Source of the DNA: Penicillus capitatus
Lineage: Eukaryota; Plantae; Chlorophyta
Assembly: GCA_965649825.1 (NCBI GenBank)
Contig: OZ287707.1
Location: 302,292-366,291 of the forward strand
Reading direction: 5' to 3'
DNA: 64,000 nucleotides
In this document: in pieces, positions 53,077-64,000 of the stretch
Layout of the letters: each line of letters starts with the position of its first letter
Numbering within the stretch: the stretch's first letter is position 1
Made by a program: the position numbers and the translations under genes
Notes under the pieces: generated by a model
Seen by the model: the letters and a program-made list of their open reading frames with translations, nothing else
Database searches by the model: none
Told to the model about the DNA's origin: nothing

Positions 53077-54958
53077 ATGACAACGTTCTTGCACAAATCT
53101 TCAAAAACGAAATGCTCGAGTGTACCTTTTAGTTTATCTTTTTGAACTCGACTGCTTTGTGGTCTTCGATTCTCTGAATCAATTGCTTGACGATTTCACG
53201 GATCTGCAGAAAAGTAGAAAGAATCCGGTTGGCTTTTAGGACATGCTCAACCTGTGGTACGATGTTGGCGGTGTCCTGATATACGACACGCATCTCCTTC
53301 GCGTCTTTTAAGCAGATCTGAGAGAGTTTTTCTAGAACCGTCTGCTCGTCCATATAGTATTGGAAGTGCGTCAACGTTTTCTTTAGCCATTTCTTATAAT
53401 GCACAAAAACGCTGCTCGTTGTCGACGCAGCGGAAAGGGATTTACCGTCATGATCTTGACGACGTCTAGCAGATGTTGCGTTTTGCCGTCCGTGGAAGAC
53501 TGGCCAAAAAGACCGAGGATGGCCGCATCGAACGCGTTCTAAAAAGGGGATTTTTTTCGACAGTCGGCAGGAAAGTGTCCGACGGTGTGGTAGAACGGCG
53601 CAAAGGTTGAGGGAGGATCGGATGGTCGCACCCTTTTCCATATTCCCAAATGAATGTCGCTTTGTGTTGCGTAGTCGGCGGACGACGCGATTACGACGAA
53701 GGCTTATCGGTTACTTTTGCGCTTTCGTCGTTCGTTACGCGCTGAAACGCGCTAACGGCGAAGGTATATCATTTACAGAAGACTGTTTGAACGATAATGT
53801 TTCGAATTTATGCAATTCCGTGCACAACTGCGCAAAGTGGACACGTGTCCAGCGACATGTGCCACCCCTTTCCGCATGCGCAGACTCCGAACGACGGGAC
53901 TCAATCTCCACACAAGAGGATGAAAAGACAGCTGCCGTGCATCCAGAAATCCGATGTCTCTCTTACTTACAAGTCTGCGTGTTCGCGAAAGGTGTCGGAG
54001 GAACTCATTCATTTGTAGACTGGCACTGGTCAAATTCCTGAACAGATGTGAAAACAGCAAATGATCGGGCGGTCATGCGGACGACTTTTCAATTTCGCTG
54101 GCCACTGTATTGACCTTGTCCTAACGTCATGGCTGATTTTGCTCCTTTTCCTTCCTGTAAGCACATTCTTCAACACATCTTTGACATCACGATACCCATC
54201 CCACTCGAACCTCAAATTTACTGAGTATTCACCAAATTAACTGACTACAGATCGATCTGAAAACAGTCCCAAGGCAACAACACGAAGCTTCTAGAAATGG
54301 GAAGTGAAGATTGAGCAACAGATCTTTCCACCACTTGGTTCATGATCTCCGCGTCTTTTTCGGGATGCTAAGCAAAAAGAGAAAAGCAATACAAGTGCAC
54401 AAGCCGATCGAATATCTGTATCTCACACTCTTACAACATACAAACATCTGCTGCGCATCTCCACTAGTTCTGTCACCATTGTAGAAACCAATCAATGGCA
54501 ACTTCCCCCTTGGATGACAGAACGCATCAAATCGTCGTCTGCAAAGTTGTGCAGATGCTGAATAATGGCACAGACATGTGAGTCTACAGCACGCTTGGAT
54601 TCCCGAGATGCGTCGGAGGTTGACACGGTTTTCTGGGATGGCATATCTGGATCTCCACGGAAGATCTGGCCAGCACGGGACGAGCGAAGAATAGAGACTC
54701 AAAACAAACAGATCTCATTCATTCTTTCACACCTTCTGCAAGCCCTTTTCCCTTTAGTCTTCATAGACTGCGGTCAGCCTGAACCATTCTTCACTCCATA
54801 ATGCGGCCGATGATGGTGATCACTCGATCTTGTCTTGCGCTGTCTGTCGTCGCAGCTTTCGCACAATGAACGACATTATCGACGAATCCCGATGGGGCGC
54901 TCAAGCCAGAAGAGGGGAGACTATGACGCGATATGCATTGTTCTATCATCCACTCTTC

Positions 54959-55643
54959 ATGCCAAACAACACTTGGGTGTGGCGATTCATTCCTGGTGTC
55001 CTGGTTGGCTTCGTCGGCAGTTTGCTTCTGCTTGGCAGCCGTGCAAGACGCAAACCTACCAACCAGGTGCGCTTGGATGCTGCGATGATGCCTTCTTGGA
55101 GAAATCATCGAGTAGCGAAGAAGGCAGGTACAAGACATACAAGACAACGGCGTTTCCTCTTCTGATCCAACCTTGACCGTGGATGCCCCAGACGTTAAAC
55201 TTGTATCTCACTCTTTTTTAACAAGAAAGGTAAAATGGAGTGTGATGACAGATGCTCGTTGTCAATTCAGGCTTGAAAGGAATGAAACCAGGCAAGATGG
55301 GTGAGGCCTTGTCAAGGAATGCGAGAATGAGTGAGATGATCATATAGGAGCCCAGTGCGGTCATGCAGCAGGCATGGTCATGAAGAAACTCATGAAAGCA
55401 CATCGCGGTCTGCTCTCGCGTTGGGAGCAATGCGGCACCAAGAAGATCTGTGTCAGTGGTCACTCTACCGAACACCTCGAGTCGCTCAGTGAAGAAGCCA
55501 CTCAGGCAGGCGTCTTGGTCACACCTGTTTTCGATGCTGGCAAAACCCAGATCGAAGAAGGTTCACTTACTGTCGTGGCCATCGGCCCAGCTGCGGCATC
55601 TGTGCTGCAACCCATCACGGGTTCTCTAAAATTAATGCCTTAA
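54959..55643 (+). CDS. PTH2: Peptidyl-tRNA hydrolase 2 with N-terminal membrane anchor
   Basis: Hydrophobic N-terminus FIPGVLVGFVGSLLLLG; MLVVNSGLKGMKPGKM|GAQCGHAA; WEQCGTKKI; DAGKTQIEEGSLTVVAIGP; ITGSLKL. Confidence 0.93.
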
Positions 55644-55798
55644 AATGAAGGGTCGTGTGTTTGGAATGACATGTGTACGTACGACATCCGTGCGTATGTT
55701 CGTTTGTTCGTTATCGTGTGTGTACGTTCACTTCGCGTTCGTTGTTGTACGTCTCTTGCGAGAGTCGCCGAAGCGTTGTGGGTTTCGCAGGTATTGTT

Positions 55799-57323
55799 AT
55801 GGAAGACACCGTTGACCGAAAAGACAACATAAAACGCGGGCGTCACGAAAGTTCCGCGTCCGACGCCGACCGGTCGACCAAGAACCCACGCCTCGGTTCG
55901 CGCACTTTCGCGTGGCGAAATTTCCGAAAAAAACGCCGCGGTGTTACGTAGATAGTTTCGAAGCGCTCGACACCGCGGTCCGCGAAAAAGTGCGCGCTTT
56001 GTTCGATCAAGGATTGGTGAGCGGAGCGCCGCGTCGCACGACATTCGCATTGTGCCATCCGCGTGACATCGATGTCCCGTAGGTCCGAGAAGATGAACTT
56101 GACGACAGTATTCTGCGCCGATTGGCCGAAGTCGACCCCAAAGAGGCATTGGAGTGTTTGGAGCAGTTCAGCCATTGCGACCTTAGCCGTGTTCGCAACA
56201 AGAGTGCCTACATTGTCGGTGTCATGCGCCGCATGAGAGCACCTGAAGGGACAGGAGGTTCCGCCGCCCTTCCACGAGCGCCTCAGCTCGATGAAAACAT
56301 TAAACTCAAACTTAATGCCTTGTACACGGACAATATCTGCAAGCCGACAGATATTGACGAGAAATGCCTCGATAAACTGGCGCAGTTGTCTGTTCCCTGT
56401 GCCCTGGAGGCATTGACGCAATTGGCCAGCCGAGATTTGACAGAGATTCGATCCATTGCGCGTTTCTTAATGTCTATTATCAATCGACTGGAGCATCGTT
56501 ACTCCATGGAAGAGCAGAGAAATATCCAGACGCAGCATCAGATTCCTCCACTGACGGGGATTGGGATGGTCGTGCCGCCGGCAGTGGATTACTCAGCTGC
56601 CATACAACCTGCCGTGATTCCTGGACTCTACCCTCCCCTCTATCCGCAATTCTTAAACGGGAAACGAAACTACGCTGTGGAGCAACTGAAGATGGGCGTA
56701 AGGGTGGACGAGTTTCATGCGCTCTCTCCACATGCTCCAAATATTCATCCAGCCATTGCGCTGAAACTCCAGGAGCTGTGGGATTCGGGCGTGAAGCTGG
56801 TGGCCATACTGGACGATCGCGTGTGGAGTACATTGGCCAGTATGAAAGCGCCTGAGGCTTTGATTTGTCTGGAGGAAATGGCAAATCAACTGAACCGTAT
56901 CAAGAATCCCAATGCTTACTTCATGGTCACACATTCTTCAGAGTGATATGATGTGACGTGACACCTGTGTTTCTGTAGTCAATGGTGCGTCAGTACGAAG
57001 GGCACGGGCTGAACACAGGCAGAGATCAAGCTGATGTTCGCTTTGGCCGCACGGTGCACCGTGAGGGTTTGCGTTCGACGGAGGTCTGTGAAGAGCTGAG
57101 CAGTTTGGCGCCTGAAGTAAGGCAGAAGATCGAAGAGGTCGTTCAGTCTCAAAGTCGTTTCCTGAGAACAGCCGACTTCGATCGAGGCGTCTGTTACGCA
57201 CTGATCAAACTGGATGTACCATTGGCTTTGAATCTGCTGGAGCAGTTTGCCGAGCAGCCCTTGGAGAACGTCAAGAACATGTCTGCATTTATTATGAGTT
57301 TTATTCGTCGTCGTCAGCCGTGA
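55799..57323 (+). CDS. Protein of four tandem hnRNP-Q acidic (NURR-like) domains
   Basis: Four repeats of the pattern LDxRxxxxL...ALxxLxQF...VRNKSAYIxGVMRR (LDDSILRRL, IDEKCLDKL, LDDRVWSTL, FDRGVCYAL); no RNP1/RNP2 motifs seen. Confidence 0.8.
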
Positions 57324-57418
57324 AGCAAGCAAGAATTTTATGATGCGCCTATACATTGCAAGAATTGATGAAAAAACAAGGGTTTTCTGCAAGAAGTGTC
57401 GGGCAAGGATTCCATTTG

Positions 57419-59022
57419 TTATGCATTCTTTGACGACTGTCCAAACTGTCGAAGCTGCAGGATGTCTCTAGATGAATAGATCAGCAGTCCAGCCACTAGT
57501 GTAATGGCACCAATGATAAATCTTGCTGTGAGACGGGGTCCCACTCCCTCGAACAAACAAACACGTTATCTCGATGTCGATTTCGAGTACAGGGGAACGG
57601 ACCAGGTAAGGCAGAGGCAAAGTAAAGACGGCAACGGTCGTGGGAACGTGGAGCGAAGCAACCAGTGAGGTGACCAACGCACCTGCGCTACGAATGAGGT
57701 ACAGACCCGAGATATTGAGTGCCAAATTCGCCGCGATATAGCTCAGTGGCAACAAAGGAGCACCTGCAGAACACATGTATCTCCTCTGAAAGTAAGTGTT
57801 TTTTGTGACCTGCACAATTTGCGGTGGACGAGATGCTTGTCCCACAGAAACAGCTGATGCTCTCTTCTAAGTAACCCGGCAAATCCTGAAACGTCATTTC
57901 TCTCACACTGAGAAAAAATGGCAGGAGAAGAAAGGTCGACAAAAACTAGAACAGCATCATGAGCGGAGAAAAGTGTGATCGAAGAGTGATGACTTGTGAG
58001 AGAGATCCAAATGTATTGACGACGAAGATGTCGAGATTCTGTCCACCGAGTCTCTCCTTACTCTCGGTAAAGACGATCTCCTTTGTCACGAAGGCAAGAG
58101 CATAGAAGATGTAGACCACATTCATCAGCAACATGTATGGGATGCTCGCTTGTCCAGCAGAGCTGGTAGCGGATACAGCTGTCGAGCACATAATTGATCC
58201 CAACATCACACACATGACACCCACGATTTGTAACGACATATACCTGAAACATCCATCTAATGTCACATCATGGCGTTCTCTGTCACACGTCTACGCACTT
58301 TCTTCTGAGCAGAATGGAAGAGAGTATGAGCTGCCAGATCAGAATGAGCTGTGACAGTATTGGCAGCACGATGCCAGGGAGACGTGAGGCGCAGACGAGC
58401 AACAACAGACTTGCGAGGGATTCACAGGCTCCTGCTAAATAGATGCGTTTTTTCGGAACGCCCAGCATCTCTCGCGTCACTTTTCCCGTTCTGTACATTA
58501 GACATACCATCAACCACACCCCAGATGGAGGAACAGACAGACCTGCAACGCATGCATAGGATGGCAAGATAGAAAAACATGTAGACCAATGAGAGCAACT
58601 GTGCCATGAAAAAGATGTATGGCCTCATGGGTACAAGTGTCATCTTATAGGCGACGCGATTTATCACTCCAGAGGAGAAGAATATTCCAACCCCCACCTG
58701 TCCATGCATCGATCCTCTCTTGGTACGAAGAGTCCATGATTATTTCCAAGCACTGTACTGCTGTCTTGAGCACCGTCGGAGTGACGGGTGGCTCTATTTG
58801 GTCTGTACGGATCTCTTCGTCTGCCATCGACGTGCAGCGTAACCTACATGTCTTCAGTGGATGCCACGAAGAGGAGCGCCATCGACTGGGACGCGAATGA
58901 AAAAGGCGAAGAGAGATCGGAGAGGGACAACACACATTATCGCCGCAGGACCGCATGGTTAACAGTGGATCGCTGTGTTGTCGACGTCGGATGGCGACAG
59001 GGCAGTCCCTTCGATCGATCAA
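57419..59022 (-). CDS. CLT: CRT-like plastid thiol transporter (CLT family)
   Basis: Transit peptide; VINRVAYKMTLVPM, LPGIVLPILSQ, KEIVFTESKERLGGQNLDIFVVNTFGS, GAPLLPLSYIAANLALNIS, FTLPLPYL. Confidence 0.9.
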
Positions 59023-59458
59023 CGTTGAACCGCGTTTGATTTGCGATGATCATTTTGATCCACTGGATCCAATTTTTTGGAAAGTCCTAGACGGACGCGG
59101 CTAAGGCCATTTGGCCACAAAGAAGGCAACATCTTTGGATCCTAACGTCCGATTTGGGCGGAGGGTGATCACGAGGTAACACTGTTCCACTCTCTATCAA
59201 TTCTCTAGACAGACAGAGTGTAACTGCGTGCCGGAAGTGTGAGAATGTCTTTGCGCGTGGTGGCCGCGCGTTGACGCTGTTGATGTGACAGATCCGTCAT
59301 GGAACGCGCAAATGCCCTGTTTCATCATCCATCGATCATCGCGCCCACAGATTTGAACACTGGTCCAAGAAACGACAGCTACTTTGCCCACACCTATCAG
59401 GTTCGTCTGTTCGCGAACACAGATGCGCGAGGGTGATGCTCGATGCCTAGGTTGTGAG

Positions 59459-61748
59459 ATGAGCTGGCAGCAGTCTCCAAACGGTAACTGGAACCCGAAT
59501 GGGTCGTCGGAAGACTCCCTTCGCGCCGCTCGTCTAAACGCACAACGCAACGGCGCACTTGGACAACAGCTGACACTCAATGAACAATTTGCTCTGCAAA
59601 ACCTCGGACTAGCGGGTGGCCCAGCGGCGGGAAATCCTGGATTTCAAAACCTCGCTGCACAAGGCGCTACGCAACAGAGCCTCTTTTCGCACCCACAGTT
59701 CGCTCAGGTGGAAGCGCGATGTGTTGGTACGTTCGGCGTAGCGGGATGCTTGTAGCAGGCGGCTCTCGGTGGTGGACTGCAAGGGCAGGGACTGCACTTC
59801 GGTGGAAGTGCGGCGGGAAACTATCCGAAACCCAACGCCTTGCAAAGTCAGTATGGAATGGGGCTCAACAACTTTGCTGGAAATCCACAGAACTCTGCCA
59901 TGCTGGCTTTGTTTCAGCAGCAATTGCTGAATCTCCAGCAAAACGGTGCGTAAATGATGGGACTTTTGGTTGTAGTAGTAGTATCGGTGAATTTTCTGTC
60001 AATAGGTAGTTTTCAAAACACTGGACAGGCGAGTCACATCAACAATAACTTAGCTCAGGCTTTGGCCTTGGCTCAACAACAGGCTCCTGCAGCCAACATG
60101 AAACTAGCTGCATCTCTTGCGGGTACGATGCTGATGTGACGTGACTTGTGTGTGATTTTTGTTTCTAGGCAACCAACCGAATTTGAATGCCTATCTCTAT
60201 CGTTTGCAACAGCAAGCATTGGCTCAAAACATGCGCCAGTTGAACATGAACCAATTGAATGCGACGCAACTTCTTCAACAGCAAGCACTGCAGCAACAAG
60301 CCAATCAGCTGCAGGCAGCCCAACAACGACAGATGTCTGCCAACATGGCAACACTTCTGAAGACGGGCAACTCCGGGGGACTTGGAGAGGGCCAAATGTT
60401 GGGCAGTGGCTTAGGTGGTGGCAATGCCCTTGCCAATCAGGGGGTGAATTTAGCAGGCTTTAGCTCTACCGGTCTGGCAAACTCGCCGTTGGCTTCAGCG
60501 CCATTGCTTCCTATTCTCGGCACAGATTTGGCCAAGCCCTCTCAGAAACCCATTGGTGGAGACTCACTGGTCAATCAGTGTGCCGTGTCAGGCGTGGATA
60601 CAGATGTGATGAAGCAAATGGAAGCTCTTTCTTTGGGAAGCTCTGTGACGCGACCCGGATCTGGCATCAACCTCAATGACGTGACAGGCAGAACCCAAGC
60701 GATGTCCCCGACAGGTTCTCAACAGAGAGACAGCGGAAGAGGAGGACTCTCGAGCCCCCCTCCCCCGACTGGCGTTCAAGCAAACATGGGACAAAATCAA
60801 GTGACGGCAACCGTGACCAGCCCCTCTGCTGGATCCAAAGATCGCGATTTGACAACTCTGAAGACTCTGGGTCAGATGTTGGCAAAGACGGGCAACACTG
60901 TTGAAAATGCAGTGCAGAATGGACTGCTGGGTGGATGCAATGCTGAGGATGTGAAGATTGTGTGGGAAGCATATGTCATGGAAGTGGCAAGCTTGAAGCA
61001 GTATGACACAGCAAACAAAGCCTTCCAAAAGCAGGGAGCAGAACTGGTGGCCAAAAGAGCCAAGTCTGACGATCCAGAAGCTACAAAACTGCTCTTGGAA
61101 GCTGCCAAAGCTCCTCCTGCTTCTGTGCCGGCAAATCTACGAGAAGCCCTGCAATGCTTAGGCATGGATGCCTATTCAACGCCGCCTAATCCAGCAATGC
61201 ACTCATCCAATACGACAGAGCATGCCAGAACGGCAACAGAAAAGATGGAAGAGGCGATCGAGAATGACAGTGGTTGGGATGGTGTCATCGAGAACGAACA
61301 CGACTACGTTCCTCACCACATCATCGACGAAGTGAACACACCAAAGGACCAACCGACGAATGTCGAAATACCCAAAGAAGACGCATTCAATGCAATTAAT
61401 TATGGTTTCTTTGCTGCTGGCGGAACAGAAGACGCGCTGGCCGACTGTGTTTTGGAAGAAGACGATGAAGAAGAAGCTGCAAATGCACATGTCGCGGAAG
61501 AGACTGCTCGTGACGTTTCAGAAAACGCCAATCACAGCGATATCAACCGTGAGAGGACAAAGAGCGAGGAGAACAACAATACGGCAGAAGATGATCTGCC
61601 CGAGGTAGGCGCTGCTGTGCCGATGGGACTCGTAACGAAGACAGAAATGGACAAGCCTGAGCACTGTGATGAAAGGGGAGCCAAGCAGGAAGAAGGAGTG
61701 ACAGAACAGGGACCCCCTACAGAGCCGGCATCGGCTTCTCTGGCCTAA
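59459..61748 (+). CDS. Q/N/G/A-rich low-complexity protein with acidic C-terminus
   Basis: MSWQQSPNGNWNPNG..., several short introns, and a 529-aa terminal ORF with a Q-rich segment and a helical core (LKTLGQMLAKTGNTVENAV...). Confidence 0.75.
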
Positions 61749-62879
61749 ACACACATCACAGTGTTGTCAACTTCAGGATCCCAGACATCCTGAAGCGTTC
61801 GAGGGATATCTTTATACCCCGCACAACGTGTGTGTGGTATTTTGCCTTTCTGCCGTATTTGATTGTGTCTTGGGGTGGGAAGCGGCTGTTCATCTACTAG
61901 TGTAAGATGCGTGTTCCCTGTTCCCTCTTTCCGCATTCCATTAGTCGTCCATGTCTGACCTGTTCCTTACTCTGGACTTTCAGTTCTCAGGCGGGTTTGC
62001 TCTTCTTGCTCGCTTGGAGAACGTTTTCACTGTATTTATGACTTTACTGTTCATTGTTTGTTTGTTCTGTTGAAGATTACATCTAAACAGGGATAATTTT
62101 TCCGCCTAAGCAAACACATGTCTTTGCAACATTTGTGAATTAGTTCTTGGATTTTTCACAAACAGAACCAGCAGCTACAACAACTGTGTGACCCGTTGTT
62201 CATGGTGTCTTCATTTCCCTTCTGCTGTTTGTGAAGTCCTCTCTCAATTTTTTAACCATTTAATTGATTTTGTCTGGTGGCGAGGCTGGTTGGTCTATGA
62301 CATATTTTAGCGTTGTGTGTGGGTCCGGTGCGTCATTGGCATGTTTGTGCACTAAAGGGAGAGAAAAACTATTGATGACATCATCATCTATCTCACTCTG
62401 TTAACCACACGTATCTGTCACATGACTGGAGTGAAAGAAATAAGAAAGACACAAACACAGTGCACTTGTGTATGATGCGGAAGAAACAAAAGAATCAACA
62501 CGTGATGTGACTGTCCGGTTTGCTGTGGATCTGTTCCAAGAAGCAGTTAGAGTATGAGTGACATGGATCTTATGCATTGATCGTCTGCAGTGCATTCTCA
62601 ATCTTTTCTACAAACAAAAAAAATCATTAGAAACGGCTTTCTGGTCCGTTCCTGCTCGCGGGTTCTTCAACGAACGTTTGTTGTTGTTGTGCTTTCTCTG
62701 GCGATGCAAGAACTCATGCAATGCCATTTATCAGCTGTTTTTTGCATGTCACTAGTATAATAAGCTGCTATTTTTTTCCTTCGTGGGTCCGAATCCCTAT
62801 CATTAGTGTCCAACGAACGAATGTTTCCTCGATAAAAAAGCAAGCAGTTAAAGTTTTCTGCATCAAGTTTCACGTATTA

Positions 62880-62995
62880 TCGTTGTTGTTGTTGTTGTGG
62901 CAAATGGTGGCGATGGCGTTGATGGTGATCTTTGTCGTTGTCGATGTTGTCGTTGTTGTCTTTGTCAATGTTGTCGTTGTTGTTGATGATGAGGA
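62880..62995. repeat. Imperfect (GTT/GTC/GAT)n trinucleotide low-complexity tract
   Basis: cgttgttgttgttgttg...tttgtcgttgtcgatgttgtcgttgttgtctttgtcaatgttgtcgttgttgttgatgatg. Confidence 0.8.
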
Positions 62996-63419
62996 AAGAG
63001 GACTGTCGTCTAGGTTTCATGCACATTTTTTGCATAGCCGAAGAAGTTTTTACATTGGTTGGCACACGCGGTCTGTTGCCTTTTTGAACACACATTGCTC
63101 TCGGTGGCTATTTCTTTCCATTGTTTCTTTCGTTTTTCTAAGCTTCACTCTCTGCTGTTAGCTCGCACACACAGGCAACCACAGAGGACACGACTGTTTC
63201 TTCCGGCCATGCTCAAGTGGTCATCTGGTGAAAAGACTCCGAATTGACCATTCATCTCTGCTGTCGCATCACGCAACTCTCGTCGCTCTTACCTAACGTC
63301 TCTCTCTCCGTACTCTAAATCTCTGTTAATAGTAAACAACAAAACACGCGGCACGCGGCTCTGCTCGACAGTCTATATCGCTTAGCTCGCTTGCTGCATT
63401 CGAGACTGCTCCATACGCC

Positions 63420-64000
63420 ATGCCTTCTAGTCCCAAAGACCAGGGAACGCTGCCCGAGCTCAAGCGAAAATTTCCACCGGAAAATGACATGGACGATTGG
63501 GGTTTAACCACGGCTCAACAGGTCGCGCCCCATTTCCCTCTCTTCGTTGTGACAGTCAATCTCTTATGGTGGCTAACAGGACGCGAAGGTGGAGGAATTC
63601 CGCGATATTCTGGTGGCAAGGGGTGCCTGGAAGCCATCTTTCGATTTTCATACGCTGCTTCGGTTTCTCAGGGCACGCGAATACGAGGTGGATAAAGCCC
63701 TATCTATGTTTCTCGATCATCTCCAATGGCGTCAAGAGAATCGTGTCGATCACATTCTGGAGGAGTTTGAATTCAAAGAACGGGAAGAATTTCTTTCCAT
63801 CTATCCCCAGGGATACCATAAAACGGATAAAAAAGTGCGTCCACCAGACGCGCACCGATGCCTTCTGCCATAACGCGATGCTGTTACAGGGACATCCTAT
63901 CTATATCCAGCATTTGGGCAGAGTAGATATGTCCCGCATTCGACAGATTTCCACGGATGAAAGGATGGTGAAGTATCACATCCAAGAATACGAGCGATGT
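63420..64000 (+). CDS. SEC14/CRAL-TRIO lipid-transfer protein (runs off the window end)
   Basis: TLLRFLRAREYEVDKALSMF, QWRQENRVD, YPQGYHKTDKK|GHPIYIQHLG, KYHIQEYE. Confidence 0.92.

Larger units (their letters stand above)
51480..53450 (-). pseudogene. Decayed gene of unknown family, split by a SINE and frameshifts
   Basis: Removing 52713-53076 and one TSD copy restores HFVFEDLCKNVVMEFAESVYCIVV; further frame breaks near 53135 and ~52400-52300. Confidence 0.6.

Noticed and set aside
53600-54750. Additional decayed gene on the minus strand
   Set aside because: Some protein-like stretches, but no recognisable motif or consistent frame to support a call.
62721-63161. 146-aa Val-rich ORF and its antisense N/D/H/Q-rich ORF
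   Set aside because: Both arise from the trinucleotide low-complexity tract; no other coding evidence.

Overview
This is a very gene-dense eukaryotic nuclear window. Introns are mostly about 45-60 bp GT-AG, the genetic code is standard, and several proteins carry plastid transit peptides, so it is most consistent with a compact green-algal (chlorophyte) genome; that taxon call is inference. Housekeeping genes recognised by motif: MRT4, MBF1, calcineurin-B-like, MOB1, RMC1/Mic1, purB, RibB, F2KP, a JmjC protein, an AhpC/TSA-like protein, a UVR-ApaG protein, TAM41, condensin CAP-G, an MAA3/senataxin-like helicase, PTH2, a 4x hnRNP-Q acidic-domain protein, a CRT-like transporter and SEC14. They surround two accessory zones (1-6.7 kb and 18-33 kb) plus a small one at 51-55 kb. 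The accessory zones hold a head-to-head pair of NLR-like STAND NTPase genes (Arm-NACHT-HEAT and NB-ARC-TPR). The pair is present twice and is reciprocally inactivated. There are also three copies of an undescribed cassette (GC-rich hairpin array + ~90-bp ATG-to-ATG palindrome + ~144-aa ORF), each lying directly downstream of an NLR gene or NLR fragment. Other accessory features are a decayed LINE reverse transcriptase, HslV and WDR75 pseudogenes, and a tRNA-derived SINE with a 14-16 bp target-site duplication inserted in a coding frame. Exon boundaries were read by eye, and family calls come from motif recognition, not database searches.
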